NCBI GenBank assembly: GCA_015680685.1
Contig: MNCI01000472.1
Location: 174,531 to 238,530, forward strand
DNA: 64,000 nt
Direction of reading: 5' to 3'
From: Gnetum montanum
Lineage: Eukaryota; Plantae; Gnetophyta
In this document: piece after piece, positions 23,232-36,274 of the stretch
How positions within the stretch are numbered: position 1 is the stretch's first letter
Layout of the letters: each line of letters starts with the position of its first letter
The notes under the pieces: generated by a model
Told to the model about the DNA's origin: nothing
What the model saw: the letters and a program-made list of their open reading frames with translations, nothing else
The model's database searches: none
Made by a program: the position numbers and the translations under genes

Positions 23232-26035
23232 TGTTGGCGACCGTTTGGGACACGACCGCCAACGAGTGTCCTCGAACAGGATTTAGGTGCCTGCTGGTCT
23301 CTGGCAACACCAAGGCCCAGATACCTCCAAATAAACTCAATAGATAATGTGAGTATGTGTATGTGCTGTTGCAGCATGTGATTGTGTGAAATGTAATGAT
23401 TGCGTTGTGTGTAAACTACAAATGACTTACTTTAAAGAGATTCAGCCAACTTTGCCAAGTCTTGTGAGTTGTTGAGAGTTTCCTATTTTGTTCAACTACC
23501 TAGTCTACGTAGTCCTTATAATAGTTACTTGTAACAAATAAAATTTTATTAAAACATTTGAGCACAAATCTGCAAATCTACTCCTAATTTTTCCTACAGA
23601 AAGAGATAGTTCCACAAGAAAACTAAAAATAGAGCAAGATTCGATGGAAATAGACAGAAAAGAAAAGAAAGTAGATTTTTGTAGACCTCAAATATTTCAA
23701 CAAGGTAAAATGACACGAGTAAACACTTCACCAATAAAGCTATCCCAAATTCAATATCTACGAATTGTTCAAACTTCCAAGGCTCAAACAAGTAATTTCT
23801 TCAAGAAAATCCTATTATGCTACCAAAAATTGCTGTGTAAACTACCACGTACGAGACTCCATTTTGGCTAGATAATAGATGTCAACGATTGCATTCAACA
23901 AAACCTTTGAAAGACTTGAGAATTTCTGATTGAAATACCATGGAAATTCACTTTAAAGATAAAAAGAAGCTATTCTGGTCCCATCAAAATACCAAAGATT
24001 TTCTGAACCCTCTTGACTACTGAATTGTTCAACGGCGTGACTACAAGCAGAGGCTCTCTTACAACAATCCCAATAGCAGTTCCTTTACGTTGCACAATAA
24101 CAAAATTTACTACTAAAATGCTCTTAAGGCTTTTAAACACAAGCGCTTATATGGCAAAATTTTAATAGAAATTTCTATCGGGCAACAAGAACAATAAGAG
24201 CAATCTAAAAATCCCAAAATTACTTGCCAAGGATGATACTATCTAAACCACTAGCTAAANNNNNNNNNNNNNNNNNNNNNNNNNNNNNNTTTTCCCAAAA
24301 GCCCCCCCCCCCCCCAAATAATCCTCCTTCAAAGTCCTCATGAAGCCTTTTTATAAGGTTTACAAGGTAGTTACATGTCAAAATATCCTAGCCAACTTTT
24401 CTCCCAAGCAAGGAGGTTACAACTTACCCATTTAATTAGGAGGGAGTTATATAGTTAGGAAGTTATGCATAAAGTTATGAGGAATTAATATTTATAAATA
24501 TTACCTTTGTAAATAAATCTAAAATCCCTAATCTAATTTAATTCAATTAAAATTTTAAATACTAAGTGTCATTAAGCTCTAGATTTTTTCATAAAAAATA
24601 TAATATAATATCCACCTTATTAGTGGTAGTGGTAGTTAATTTATCCTTTATGCATCTCCGATAATTGAAATTAAAATTCAGGATGGCCCAAAATATGAGC
24701 CCGAAGGTGAAGGCACCGATCCTGCAACTGCCAGCAACTGATTCAAATTATCTTCTTCGGCCAAAAATCGTTACCAGCAACTGCCATCACAGGAGAAGAC
24801 TTAGTCGCCACGTTAGGAAACGTCGCCGTGTGTTCTGTAAGGATCTGCAACTGTTGTAACCTTTGCCTCTCAAAAATGCCCTGTAGGTTTTGATGATTAT
24901 ATGATTTAATCATCGCTTCATAGATTTTCGTTGCCTTCCATCTGTGATAATTGGTAAACTATCTGGCTTTCAAAGTTTTCTTCCAACATTTGGTGTAGAT
25001 TCTTCAAGCAACGTTGACCAGGGTTTTTAAGGCATTTGCCATTGTTGCGGATGAAAACCCAGATTTTTTCATCGCGTGAAATAGGCGTCCATTCTTCTAA
25101 AATCCACAAGTGTCTCTGCTGAAATCGATGATATGCCCGCTGCGTTCTACCCTAAATTGGCCCCAGTTCTTTCTGCATAGCCTGCACGCGATTGCTACCG
25201 GAAACCCCCTTCAATACGGCTTAGTGGTGAAAGAAGGGCCTCCCACGTGCTCCATGAACTCGGGTTCATTGTTTTCAGCATCTGGCAAGTCGGCAACATC
25301 AATTCGTAAATCCAGCCGATGCGTGGGCACAATCTTGAATGGCGCAAGCCAATGGATTTGGCCAAAAACCACGACATTCACTTTTGTTTTTCTGATTTTC
25401 TATTTTTTCTCCGGTAGTGTTAACAATGGGCCTTTGAACTTATGGGAATTTGGGTTCGTTTGTAATACAGAATACTTTACATCCTTTGATAATTTAAATT
25501 TACGGAATTCAAAACCTATTGGTAGTCTGTTAGGTCCTTCACTTGCTTCCAACTCTTAGCTGATTCTTGATAATCCATTNNNNNNNNNNNNNNNNNNNNN
25601 NNNNNNNNNNNNNNNNNNNNNNNNNNNNNNNNNNNNNNNNNNNNNNNNNNNNNNNNNNNNNNNNNNNNNNNNNNNNNNNNNNNNNNNNNNNNNNNNNNNN
25701 NNNNNNNNNNNNNNNNNNNNNNNNNNNNNNNNNNNNNNNNNNNNNNNNNNNNNNNNNNNNNNNNNNNNNNNNNNNNNNNNNNNNNNNNNNNNNNNNNNNN
25801 NNNNNNNNNNNNNNNNNNNNNNNNNNNTTATTCCAATCTTCACTCAAGAAAATAACTTGGCATTTTAATTTTACTTTCCAAGAAGGCTTCAACATCAAGA
25901 TTATCTACCATTGGCTTGCTTCTCTAAGAATACCCATCAACTCACAATACTAAACTGCAAATTTACAACTAGGGATTGTGCTAATTTTGAACAAAATATT
26001 CCAACTGTTCCATGTAATGGCCAAATGTGCCAACA
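23232..26035 (-). repeat. 5' LTR (about 2.6-2.8 kb including N gaps 24260-24289 and 25580-25827)
   Basis: TGTTGGC..GCCAACA terminal inverted repeats, adjacent PBS, homology to 16205-16736. Confidence 0.88.
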
Positions 26036-28288
26036 CTTACTATCTTATTCTTTCCCTTATTATCTTCTTGGAAAAATTTCTCCATTTTCTCCACTACTCC
26101 TTGAGAGATTATTGGTGCCTAGTCAGCTAACTTCATCTTCTATCTGTCTTTTGAAGATAACCAAAATACAAAAAAGTAAGCTAACTTCCACTTATGTTTT
26201 GTCCTCAAGATGATCTTTAATCTCTTGGGCCATTTTGCATTCTCTCCATGAACTTTATTCCATAGTGGATGAAGCCACCCTATATTATTGTATTCATTCA
26301 AAAACTTATGCACTCTTAATCCCTTTTACTGTGCATTGAAATGGGACATTATTTGAGGTCTCCAATTTCAATGTTGAAAGAGATCTTGTAACAAGTCCTA
26401 CAAAAATCCTAAATGGTTAGGACTCTATACATCCAAATCATTAAATTTGGATATAACAAAGCTTTAAGGTTAGTTACTTTTAGGAAATAAAAGGATAATC
26501 TTCTTTTAACTCTCAAACTTCCAACTCATCTCTAAATAAAAATTTGAAAGTATGATGAATTAGACATTTCCCTAAAAATTTGAGTTTCCATCGGTAATGT
26601 GTTATCGGTGCTAAGTTATCAACAATATCTTTGCTCCCATAGCTTATCTAAGCATTTCTTATAGAACAAGACATCATTGAATAACTCCTCAATGCCAAAT
26701 CATAGCTCAAAGATGATTTCTATGAGCTTAGTAGAGAATCATAGAAGGGTTTTCTTCAAAGCTTGCAAAATCACCTCTTTCCCTAGCCTAGTCTAAATCA
26801 TCACATGGAAGTAAATTGTGGCAAACTTAAAAAATTCTATAGTTTTCTTCCTAGCCTTTATTTTAGATGTCATCATAATGTTATCATCAAACATGATCTT
26901 GCTTAGAATTGGGCTTAGCTTCCTTTGTTTGTCTTCTAGGATGTTTTTTCCATTCACAAGAAAAAAGTACATAGGCTCAATCACGAGAAGCCTAGATTTT
27001 GCGACATTTCTAAAACAAAAGCAATAATTTCTGGCATCAGAAACATAGTCTCATATCAAAATATTAACTAAATGTTAAAATTATCTTCAAGTCATGTTGG
27101 TCTCATGTCAAAGCTATCTCAAGTTTTCTATATGGTACATTGAATCTTAACTCATCACTTTAATATCTTATGTTGGAAACACAACTTTAGTGCAACATAT
27201 TACTTTTTAGATGTTTAGTAAAAACATCTACATTAAAACTTTTTCTTTCACAATGTACTATATTTTTTACATTTCATAGTGATGTAAATTAATGTGGGAC
27301 ATCAAAATTAAAATTAGGCATTTGGCAAAAAAATCTAATAAATATAATGTTTTTTCTTTTTACATACAACATCATCCTTTTCTATGCAGCATTTACTAAA
27401 AATGTTATCCTTATATTACATGGTGGGATGTCAAAAATCACTTTTGATGTGCAACATCATCTTATCTTCAATATTTAGCATTTGGCAAAAGGACTCTCAT
27501 GTTGACAACTCATGTCATGTTCTTTGTTGGAAACCCCCACCACCCTTCCACCCACTCCCAAATCATCTTTTCTCATGATTTTTCAAAAGAAATTATGAAT
27601 TTACTCATGAAAATGTTGATTTCATTATATTTTTTCTAATACTATTTAATGCATCTGATAGATTTAACTTAAAATAACATAAAAATTACAAAATTTGTTA
27701 CTCTAGCTATGTTGCTACTTGCTACATTATACAAGTGATGTTAAATTCATGATTTTACTTAATTTCATCCTAAAAATTCGCTACAAAACCTATATTTCAA
27801 TGTGCTTTTGGTATATCACCATGATAAACTATAAAAATAACACATGTAGTTGATTTTTAGTAGTAGATTTAAAACATTTCCTAAAAACCCTCAAAACTCA
27901 AACTATGTGACAAGGTTCCTTAGTCCCCATAAAACATTGAACTAAAAGATTTAAATATAAGCTTAAAATTACTCTACTCTACCAAAAAAATGTCAAATTC
28001 AAGCCTATTGTTACATGTACCTTGCAAAATCTTGCTAAATTTTCAAAATTTTTGCATAGCTGTAAGGAAGAAACCATAGTAACATTGAAACTTGATAAAA
28101 ATTTCTAACTAGGATTTGGATAACTTACATTTGAACTTTAGGAAGGAGTGAGTAGGGCTAAGGTAATCCCCTATGACTAGTGGACCCACCTCTAGTCCCA
28201 TACCTACTGTTGCTATTACTTGTCATGCTATTTTAAAATGTTGCTTTGTTGTCACTTTCACTTACCCATGCATCAATTCTTTAGTGCT

Positions 28289-29178
28289 TGATGAGTGGCT
28301 AGGTACCCCTACACTCAACCATATGAATACTAGCATTCATGCATGATTTGGTCGAACTCTGTGGATAGGCTAGTTGTGGTATCTAGATCGTTACACGTTG
28401 ATCGCAGTTCACTGTCTTCCCACCTAGACTAGTATTTTCTTTGTCACATATGGTTTAGTCCAGAGTGAGGCATATGATGTGATCCTAAACTAATGCTACT
28501 CCTAGAGATAATGGAAAATAATCTTGATTAAACTAATGAGCAATAGGAAATTAGTCTAAGCTAGCCTAAGTGCAATGAGCATCCATTCCTTAATCATCCA
28601 TACACATCTTGGACCTCGTGCACGACTACTACTAGGATTACCAAGCGTAGATCCTAGGTATACTACTGGGTTACCAAGTAGTCACACTTAAATGCTTGTG
28701 ATTAAGTCGTACTCATTCTGCATTTAACAACATGAATAGTAAATGATGATAAAGAAATATTAACTAAGAAAAAAATAAATAACAATAACAATTAATAATA
28801 AAAATTAAACAATTTAAACTAAGTGAATGCTGCAATGATGAAGTAATCTCGATCTTTATTTTCGGTCATGTGCGCGTCCAAGTACATCACACTCGAATAA
28901 AGGTGTCGTACAATTACAAGCATTACACTGCGGGCATGCACTAGGAAAATATTCTAACTCCTATGGAAACAAAATGCAAGAGCTTCGCTACGACTGAATA
29001 AAAAGTTACCTAGATGTGGGGGAGGGCCACTTATTTATAGGCTAGAATAAGATCTACATAAACTGGGCCACGTCGATGCATGGATAGATGCATCGACGGG
29101 GCCACGTCGATGCGGCCGCGTATACGGGGCCCCGTATACATGGCATAGTCGATGCATCGACTACTTAGCACTTCATTA
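28289..29178 (-). mobile_element. Solo LTR, Athila-like family, perfect 5-bp TSD
   Basis: TGATGA..TCATTA termini, GTGCT at 28284-28288 and 29179-29183, homologous to 2477-3311. Confidence 0.93.
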
Positions 29179-29679
29179 GTGCTCTGATGTAAATGAAAAT
29201 TTTTATGCATAAATTTCCATTTGTCATCCTTTTTAGAGCTTAGGAACAACATGTGCTCTATGACTTTTGACATCTACTCACTTTTGATGTTTTGACTTTC
29301 AATGTTTTCTCTTAGATGGTAAATCTGACCTATTGATTCTAGCCCAATTGAACATGACTACCTATCCAGAGTTTTTGGTTCAACCTCTGATCTTGAATCA
29401 CTCTATAAGCTAGGTATGTAGGACTCTAAATCCCTCTTTTCTTGAATTAATGTCAAATCAAGCTTGTCTTGTATCTTCTTTAGAAAATGTAGAGGATGAG
29501 CTTCTACCTTAATCAAATTTCTCTTTCCTTAATGAAGGGCCTCTTCTGACCAATGATCATCTACTTGATGTGCCAATGCTAAGTTATAAGAATGAGAAAA
29601 AGACTCCTCAACTTAGTACTCTTCTTTTTTCAGACCTTTGAGAGTATATTATAGCAACTTTACAAAATTATTACATTTC

Positions 29680-32600
29680 TTTTTCTTAGGGATATAGCAA
29701 CATGCCCAATCTAGATCCTAAGCTTATTTAACACAACATCATCTTGGAGGAAGGTTCCAAACATGTCAAGAAAAAGGTTACAAAAATTTTTCCTACTATG
29801 GCTCTTGCTATAAAATAAGAGATAGCTAATCTCTACAATGCTAGATTCATTTACTGTGTTAACTATTTTGATTGGATCTCTAACATGGTTATAATTTCCA
29901 AAAAGAATGGTGACATTCACATATGCATTGACTTTTGAGACATTAAGAAGGTCTCTTAAGGATGATTTTCCTTTACCTAACATTAATTAGCTTATTGACT
30001 CTATAGCTAGCCATGCTCTTCTATCCTTTATGGATGGATTTTTTGATTATAATGAAATCCAAATAAATTTAAAGCACTAGAAATATACCATGTTCATGAC
30101 TCTTTGAGGAACATTTTACTACACTAAAATTTCCTTTGGACTAAAGAATACTAGAGCCACTTATCAATGAGCTATGACCTTCATCTTCATTGACATGATG
30201 TTCAAGGTAATTTAGGATTATATTGATGATTTGAACATAAAATATTCCTTGCCAAATAATCATGATTTTAACTTAGATCAAGTTCTAACTCACTATGACA
30301 AGTTTAACCTATGTCTTAATCCCAAGAAATGCATTTTTGGGGTCTTTATGGGTAACATTTTAGGTTATATTATTTTGTAAGATGATATAACTATTAACTC
30401 TGATAAGATTAAGGCTATTCTAGATCTCGCACCGCCTAAAAATATTTGGGATATGCATATTCTACAAGCTCATCTTTAACTGATTTACTATTTTATCTTT
30501 GATCTTATTGATTGTATTTATCCTTTAACTCATTTTCTTTGCAAATTCACTTCTTTTATTTGGGACGAGGAGTGTCAAAAGTTCTTTGGCTCCATCAAAG
30601 AAGCCTAAACAACTATTTTTGTTCTTCATCCTTCACAATTTGATCAAACTTTCGACCTTTATCTTTCTAAATCCAATAACTCCATATTAGCCATGCTCTC
30701 TCAAAGACAAGAAGATGGAGCTAATCTTCCTTTATACTATGTACCTCATTTTTTCTTGGACTATAAAACTAGAGACTCTAATATCAAAAAGCCTTGTCTA
30801 AGTCTTGTCTTCTCCCTTAAAAAGTGGAGACACTACCTTCTCAATGATAAGGTCTTTATTATCTACAAAGATAATATCCTTTAAAGTCATTGCTAACAAC
30901 CCTTCCAACAACCATTTCTTAGCTCATTGGAAGAATTTTTTCATTGAGTTTAACTTTTTTTTTCTATCTTAGCACTCAATTAAAGGTCATGCTATAGCTA
31001 ATCTTATTTCTTCCTTTGAAACAATCAATGTTGTTCACAACTTACACGTTGATGTTAAGGATTCAGATGTTGTCCTTTATTCCAATGGAGTGCACACTTC
31101 CTTTAGATCTAGTGCAACTTTTGTCCTTATCCTTTCCACAAAATAAGTTTTTTATTAGGCTTACAAGCTTGATTTCCCATGCACCAACAACATAGCTGAA
31201 TGTGAGGCCTTGATACAAGGTCTCTTTCTAGCTTTACAAAATCAAGTTAAAACTATTTCTATTTATGGTGACTCTTAGCTCATCATTAATTAAGTTAATG
31301 ATGAATATTATTACAAGGTTCCTCACTTATTTTCTTAGCCACAAATGGCTAAAGAGCTAATCTTTTTCTTCTCTACTCATACTTTGAGCCATATTCTATG
31401 TTCAGAAAATATGCAAGCTAATGCTTTGATAACCTTCACTATTCATGGTGATCATTTCACTATGAGAGATTAACTTGTGAAATCAGTTTGCTTGATACTT
31501 ATCATGCAATCGCCAAACATATTGGTACGTACTATTAATACCAAAGATGATAATCAACAATACATTGATCTTCTTCATTATCTTATAATTGGGGAAACTC
31601 CTACTCATCTTACACCTACTTAAAAGGACACTTTGCATAAACATAGTGAACATTTTTTGATTAGAGAATCCCAATATCCTTTATCATGTTTCTTCTATGG
31701 TTGTTCTTTTATGTTACCTTAGTCTTGTAGAGTCTGAGATAGTCCTTAATTAGGTTCAATTAGGAGTTTATGATAGATACTTAGATTCATGCTTCCTAGA
31801 TTCTTGCATCATTTCTTTTGGCTATTGGTGGTCAACCTTAGCCAAAGATGCTCACCATCAAGTGAAGACATGCAACACTTACTAAAAGCATGACTCTCTT
31901 ATAAACATTCCTTCATAGGAGCTTAACATATCTTAGATTACATGCCCCTTTCAAAAATGGGGTTTAGATCTTGTTGGTGCTATTAGTCCTCTTTCATCTT
32001 CTAGGTACTAATTTATTCTTAATGTTATGGAATACTTTACTAAGTGGTAGAGGTTGTTCCCTTATGTTTGACCAAATCCCACTTCATCTTTCGCTTCATT
32101 CTTAATCACATAATAACCCACTTCAGTGTACCTTTCCAAATTGTAACTAACAATAGACCTTAGTTCAAAAGTAAGGAGGTAGTTGATTTCTATTCCATGT
32201 ATCACATCACTCAATCAATATAATCACCTTATTATCCTTAGTCTAATGATAAGGTTGAGTCCAGTAATAAAACTATTATCCACTTTCTCTGTACCATGGT
32301 CAATAGAACCCAACACAATTGGCACATATAGCTCTCCTATGCTCTTTGGATCTATTGTATCACTTTTCATATGGCTACTGGTTAGACTCCATATTTTCTA
32401 ACCTACAGTTTTGAGGCAGTCTCACCAATTGATCTTTGTATCACATCTCTCTACATTTCTTTGCATGATCTGTATTTAGATCATGATAACAACAACATGC
32501 AATCCATTGAGTTGTATCTTCTTGAAGAACATCAGCAAGTTGTTCTTCATCACTTACATGAATATTAAGTAGATATTGAGCACTTCCACTCTACACACAT

Positions 32601-32780
32601 TCAAGTTAAGAAGATTTACAAAGATAATATTGTTCTTTGTCATTTTACAAACTCTAGAGATACCAAGTTCTTTCCCACCTAGTAGGGTCCTTTGTTGGTG
32701 ATTCAATCTTTACAAAATGGTGCCTACACTCTATTTGATTAGTAAGGAAATCATATCCTATTAATAAAAGCTTTTGCAAG
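29680..32780 (+). pseudogene. pol: Degenerate pol: RT, RH, aRH (about 31070-31440), integrase
   Basis: DDFPLPNI, FMDGFFDYN, DYIDD, LNPKKCIFG, LKKWRHYL, DFPCTNNIAE(C)EALI, IYGDS, WGLDLVG. Very many stops. Confidence 0.85.
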
Positions 32781-33129
32781 TGCAATTACATGTAGAAAGG
32801 GTACAACATCAAACTTGCTAATTGTTTGAGACCAAAAAAATGTTCTTCCAATAGTATTTTACTTTCATTAGATTTCTTCACTACAATGAGATACATACTA
32901 CACTGAGATAATAGGTTTTCTCTAAATCCTATTTTTTCTTGCACTTTTTTTCATATATATACCCCCTTATATATATCATATTATACTATTTCTCTATCTA
33001 TTTTCTTCATATTTCCCTATACTATCTCATTCTACTCTATACGCTCAACACAACTAGTCAGGATTTTGGGTGATTGAATATCTCATTGATTTGTGTTAAC
33101 GGATGATTTAGTGTATTATTGAGTGGAAC

Positions 33130-33900
33130 AAGGAGAGGTTACTTTGATAATATATATGCCATCATTTTTGACCATAAATTATGAAAGATTTAGCCATGCC
33201 CCACTCCTATGGCATAACACCATCCTCATGATGGATGTATGGGCAATATCCTCTTTTCTCCCCCTACTTTTTCTTACTTTTCAATTTCTCATACTATTAC
33301 TTTTACTTCTTTGTACTATATTTCTCTCTTCTTTCTCTCACCCCCTCCTCATGTTTTTCATTTTTCTCTATATTCAACATTAGCAAGGATAAATGAATGT
33401 CTCATGCCCGATGTAGTGAGGGAGTGTTGAGTGTAGAGTGATGTAAGGAGTGCAAACTCTACATATGAGTGAGGTAAGGAAAAGCTCAAATTTAGGGATC
33501 TAGCTATGTCCCACTTCAATGACATAGCACCTCATAATTGGTGTATTTGCAATATTCCTAACATACTTCTCCTAAGTTTTATTACTTTCTCTTTTCATTT
33601 TTCATTATCTCTCTTTCTTCCTCTATCATTTTTTCTTTACATGCTCTACATTAGTAAGGCCACATAATCATTTTTGATTTACTCTAGTGATTGAGATAAT
33701 TAAGTGGGTTAGGAGATACATTATTTTTATTTTCATGTATGTTTCATGGGATCTAGCCACACCCCACTTCTATGGTGTAGCACTGAACCATAGGTGTATC
33801 AACAATGTCCCAGACTTTCTTCTCTGTCATCCTACTTCATTAAATCCTCTTGCAAGTACCTACCAACTTTTTTTTTTCATGGATTCTCCTTTATCTCTTT
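33130..33900 (+). repeat. Three degenerate tandem units (about 250-310 bp) in the Tat 3' UTR
   Basis: Core GATYTAGCYAYRYCCCACTYCWATGRYRTARCAC at 33187, 33497 and 33750. Confidence 0.7.
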
Positions 33901-33925
33901 AATAGTATCCATCAAAAGAGGGTAA

Positions 33926-34588
33926 TGTTTTATCCACTTTAGCTTTTTTTTGCATAAGTCAGAGTCCTAGGTACATTTTATCAATTTTCAACATTAAGGC
34001 CATCTTTAGCAGTTTAAATTCAATTTCCTACATCATTTGTAGTGTAGTGTATGAATTTGCATCTCTAACTTCCCAAAAATGACATTTTGCATCATCAATA
34101 GCATCATTTCATCTCTTCTACTAGTTTCAACTTTCAACATTAACTCCAATGTTAATTCTATTGTCAGGTTTTGATGTTCTACCTCAATATCACTTTTGAC
34201 ACTTCATATTAATCTTCAATTTTTTAACACATTAGCTCTTCTAACATCGACTGTCAATTCTACATTTGACATCCAATGTCAAGTTTCCTAACTATTATCT
34301 ACACATTAATATTTCCTATTCAAAACCTTCTAAAATCTTTCAACTGACTCTATGGGAACCTAATGCATCATTCCAACATAATCTATGAGGTATTTTCAAG
34401 CTATAAATAGGAGGATATCCTTGAATAGAAAGGGATTGATTGGCATTTGTTATCATTGGGTTGGAATTTATGACTTTCAGGTAGCACTTGCTGTACTTCT
34501 CAACTCTCTTTTACTTTATTACTCTAGCATTCTTGTGATTAGTAATTTGGGAAACCTCTTCTAGAGACTCTACCTCTCCATAGAATAA

Positions 34589-34630
<42 letters not shown>
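33926..34630 (+). repeat. 3' LTR of old Tat element, truncated at the (TC)n microsatellite
   Basis: Follows the PPT, aligns with 8668-9321, TATA CTATAAATAG at 34401. Confidence 0.8.
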
Positions 34631-34631
<1 letters not shown>

Positions 34632-34639
34632 TATTAAGA

Positions 34640-36018
34640 GATATTAGTTCACAACCTACTACATAGAGGTGAACAAGTTGTTGCCACAACTACCATATTC
34701 TTGGAAGGTGTAAACAATGGAGACTCTTGCTAATCTAGCCTGGACAGTTAATGATCCAAAGAAAAATGAAGAAAATATAAGATTTTTGTTTGATTATTTT
34801 ATCATGAATATTCTTGTAGTTTTGGAAAGTAGCCCTAGTAACTACAAATGCAGGAATAATCACCACCACTAAGCACTACATGAAGACATGCATCAAGTCA
34901 TTTTTGAAGATCCTAAAATTATTTTTTCTTTTATCCAAATGATTCTTATTATTATTATTTTGTAACTTAATCAAATGTAAGATGCTATGTGCAAATCTCA
35001 TTAAGTTGTTAGTTAGTAGTTGTTTATTGATTATTAGTTTGTTTGTTTCTTTAAAAAATAGTCATGTACCACCTCCACAATTTTGTAACAAACTCTATCA
35101 TACTTTTATTTAACTTGAGAATGAGTTTTTAATCATTCATGGGGGTATGATAAACTATTTATTAGTTGTAGTTGATATCACACATGTGATATTGTATTAA
35201 TGATATCATAGCTAAGATTTCATATTTCTACCTATGATGTCATTGATGTAATGTATCTAGGTTTGGTCATGTTTATAAATACTAGTCACTCATCATACCA
35301 AATAGCATCATTTTTTTTATTCTTATTGAAACTCTTGTAGTTTGTTTTCTTAAAGTCATAGTTAGTTGTAAGTGCCAACAGTGTGATCTTAATTGATTGT
35401 ATGACATCTTTATTTGAGTGAAGTGTACCTAGACATGCTTTATGAATAACAATAAAGATCAAGATTATTTATGATCACTGTAGCACCTCACATAGCATAT
35501 ATTTATTTTCCATATGAAATTTATGTTTTAATTATCATTTCAATTTTCATGTTATTTACATTTCTAATATATGTTGGTATTTGGTAGTGTAAGTATGACT
35601 AATCTTGAACATTAAGTACATTTGTTTGGTAACCAAGTCGTAACATTTTTTGATTCTTCCAATAACATCTATATGAGTTTAGGATGTGAATAGAAGATTA
35701 GGAACAAATGCTTACCTCAACTAAACTAGACTAGAAATACTTTCTATTGGCTTTTAGTTAATTAAAATCATTAATCATTTTTCAGTTGTCTATTTCTACT
35801 ACTTCAAAGTCAAACAACATTAGTACATCTTACATCTTATTATGAATTAAATCATATACTTTAATTATTTACCTCTAGTAAGAAGATAAGGATAAATGAT
35901 CTTCATATTAACTAGTTAGAGTCCATATTGTCCCATCCATAGATTATGATTTGGTCACTTGTGTACACATTTATGACTTGCTCATTAGTTGGTATTCCAA
36001 TCAAGTATTAGAGTATCA
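34640..36018 (+). mobile_element. 3' fragment of an Athila-like element: 3' UTR, PPT and diverged LTR (35148-36018)
   Basis: GGGGGTA then TGATA..TATCA. AATAAAGATCAAGATTA motif shared with other family LTRs. Upstream part resembles 40200-40648. Confidence 0.55.
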
Positions 36019-36274
36019 TTAGCATCCTTCACTTAATTTCACATCATCTTATAATTGAAAGTTAAAGATGGATTCAACTCCCCTAAGAAGAATATGCCTA
36101 TAGGTCGTGTAGGTCAAGAGCCCTAGAAGATGAGTTCCATGAGTTACTTTTTTGTGTTACGACTACCCATTTGAGACAATGTTATAATGTTATAGTAAAA
36201 AAATTGTTGCGATTTATTTTTTTGCCCCATTGTTGCTTGGTCAATTTGTAGAGTCAATATTTATTTTTCATTAA

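Larger units (their letters stand above)
16205..26035 (-). mobile_element. Tat-lineage Ty3/gypsy element with order gag-PR-aRH-RT-RH-INT-extra ORF (TatII-like); 3' LTR truncated
   Basis: 5' LTR 23232-26035 (TGTTGGC..GCCAACA), tRNA-Asn PBS, recognisable pol domains, PPT AAAAAAGGGGGCAGAAA next to the partial 3' LTR 16205-16736. Confidence 0.9.
8668..34630 (+). mobile_element. Old Tat-lineage Ty3/gypsy element (gag-PR-RT-RH-aRH-INT) carrying several nested insertions
   Basis: 5' LTR 8668-10022, tRNA-Asn PBS 10029-10044, gag/PR remnants, pol remnant 29680-32780, PPT AAAAGAGGG at about 33914-33922, truncated 3' LTR 33926-34630. Confidence 0.75.
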
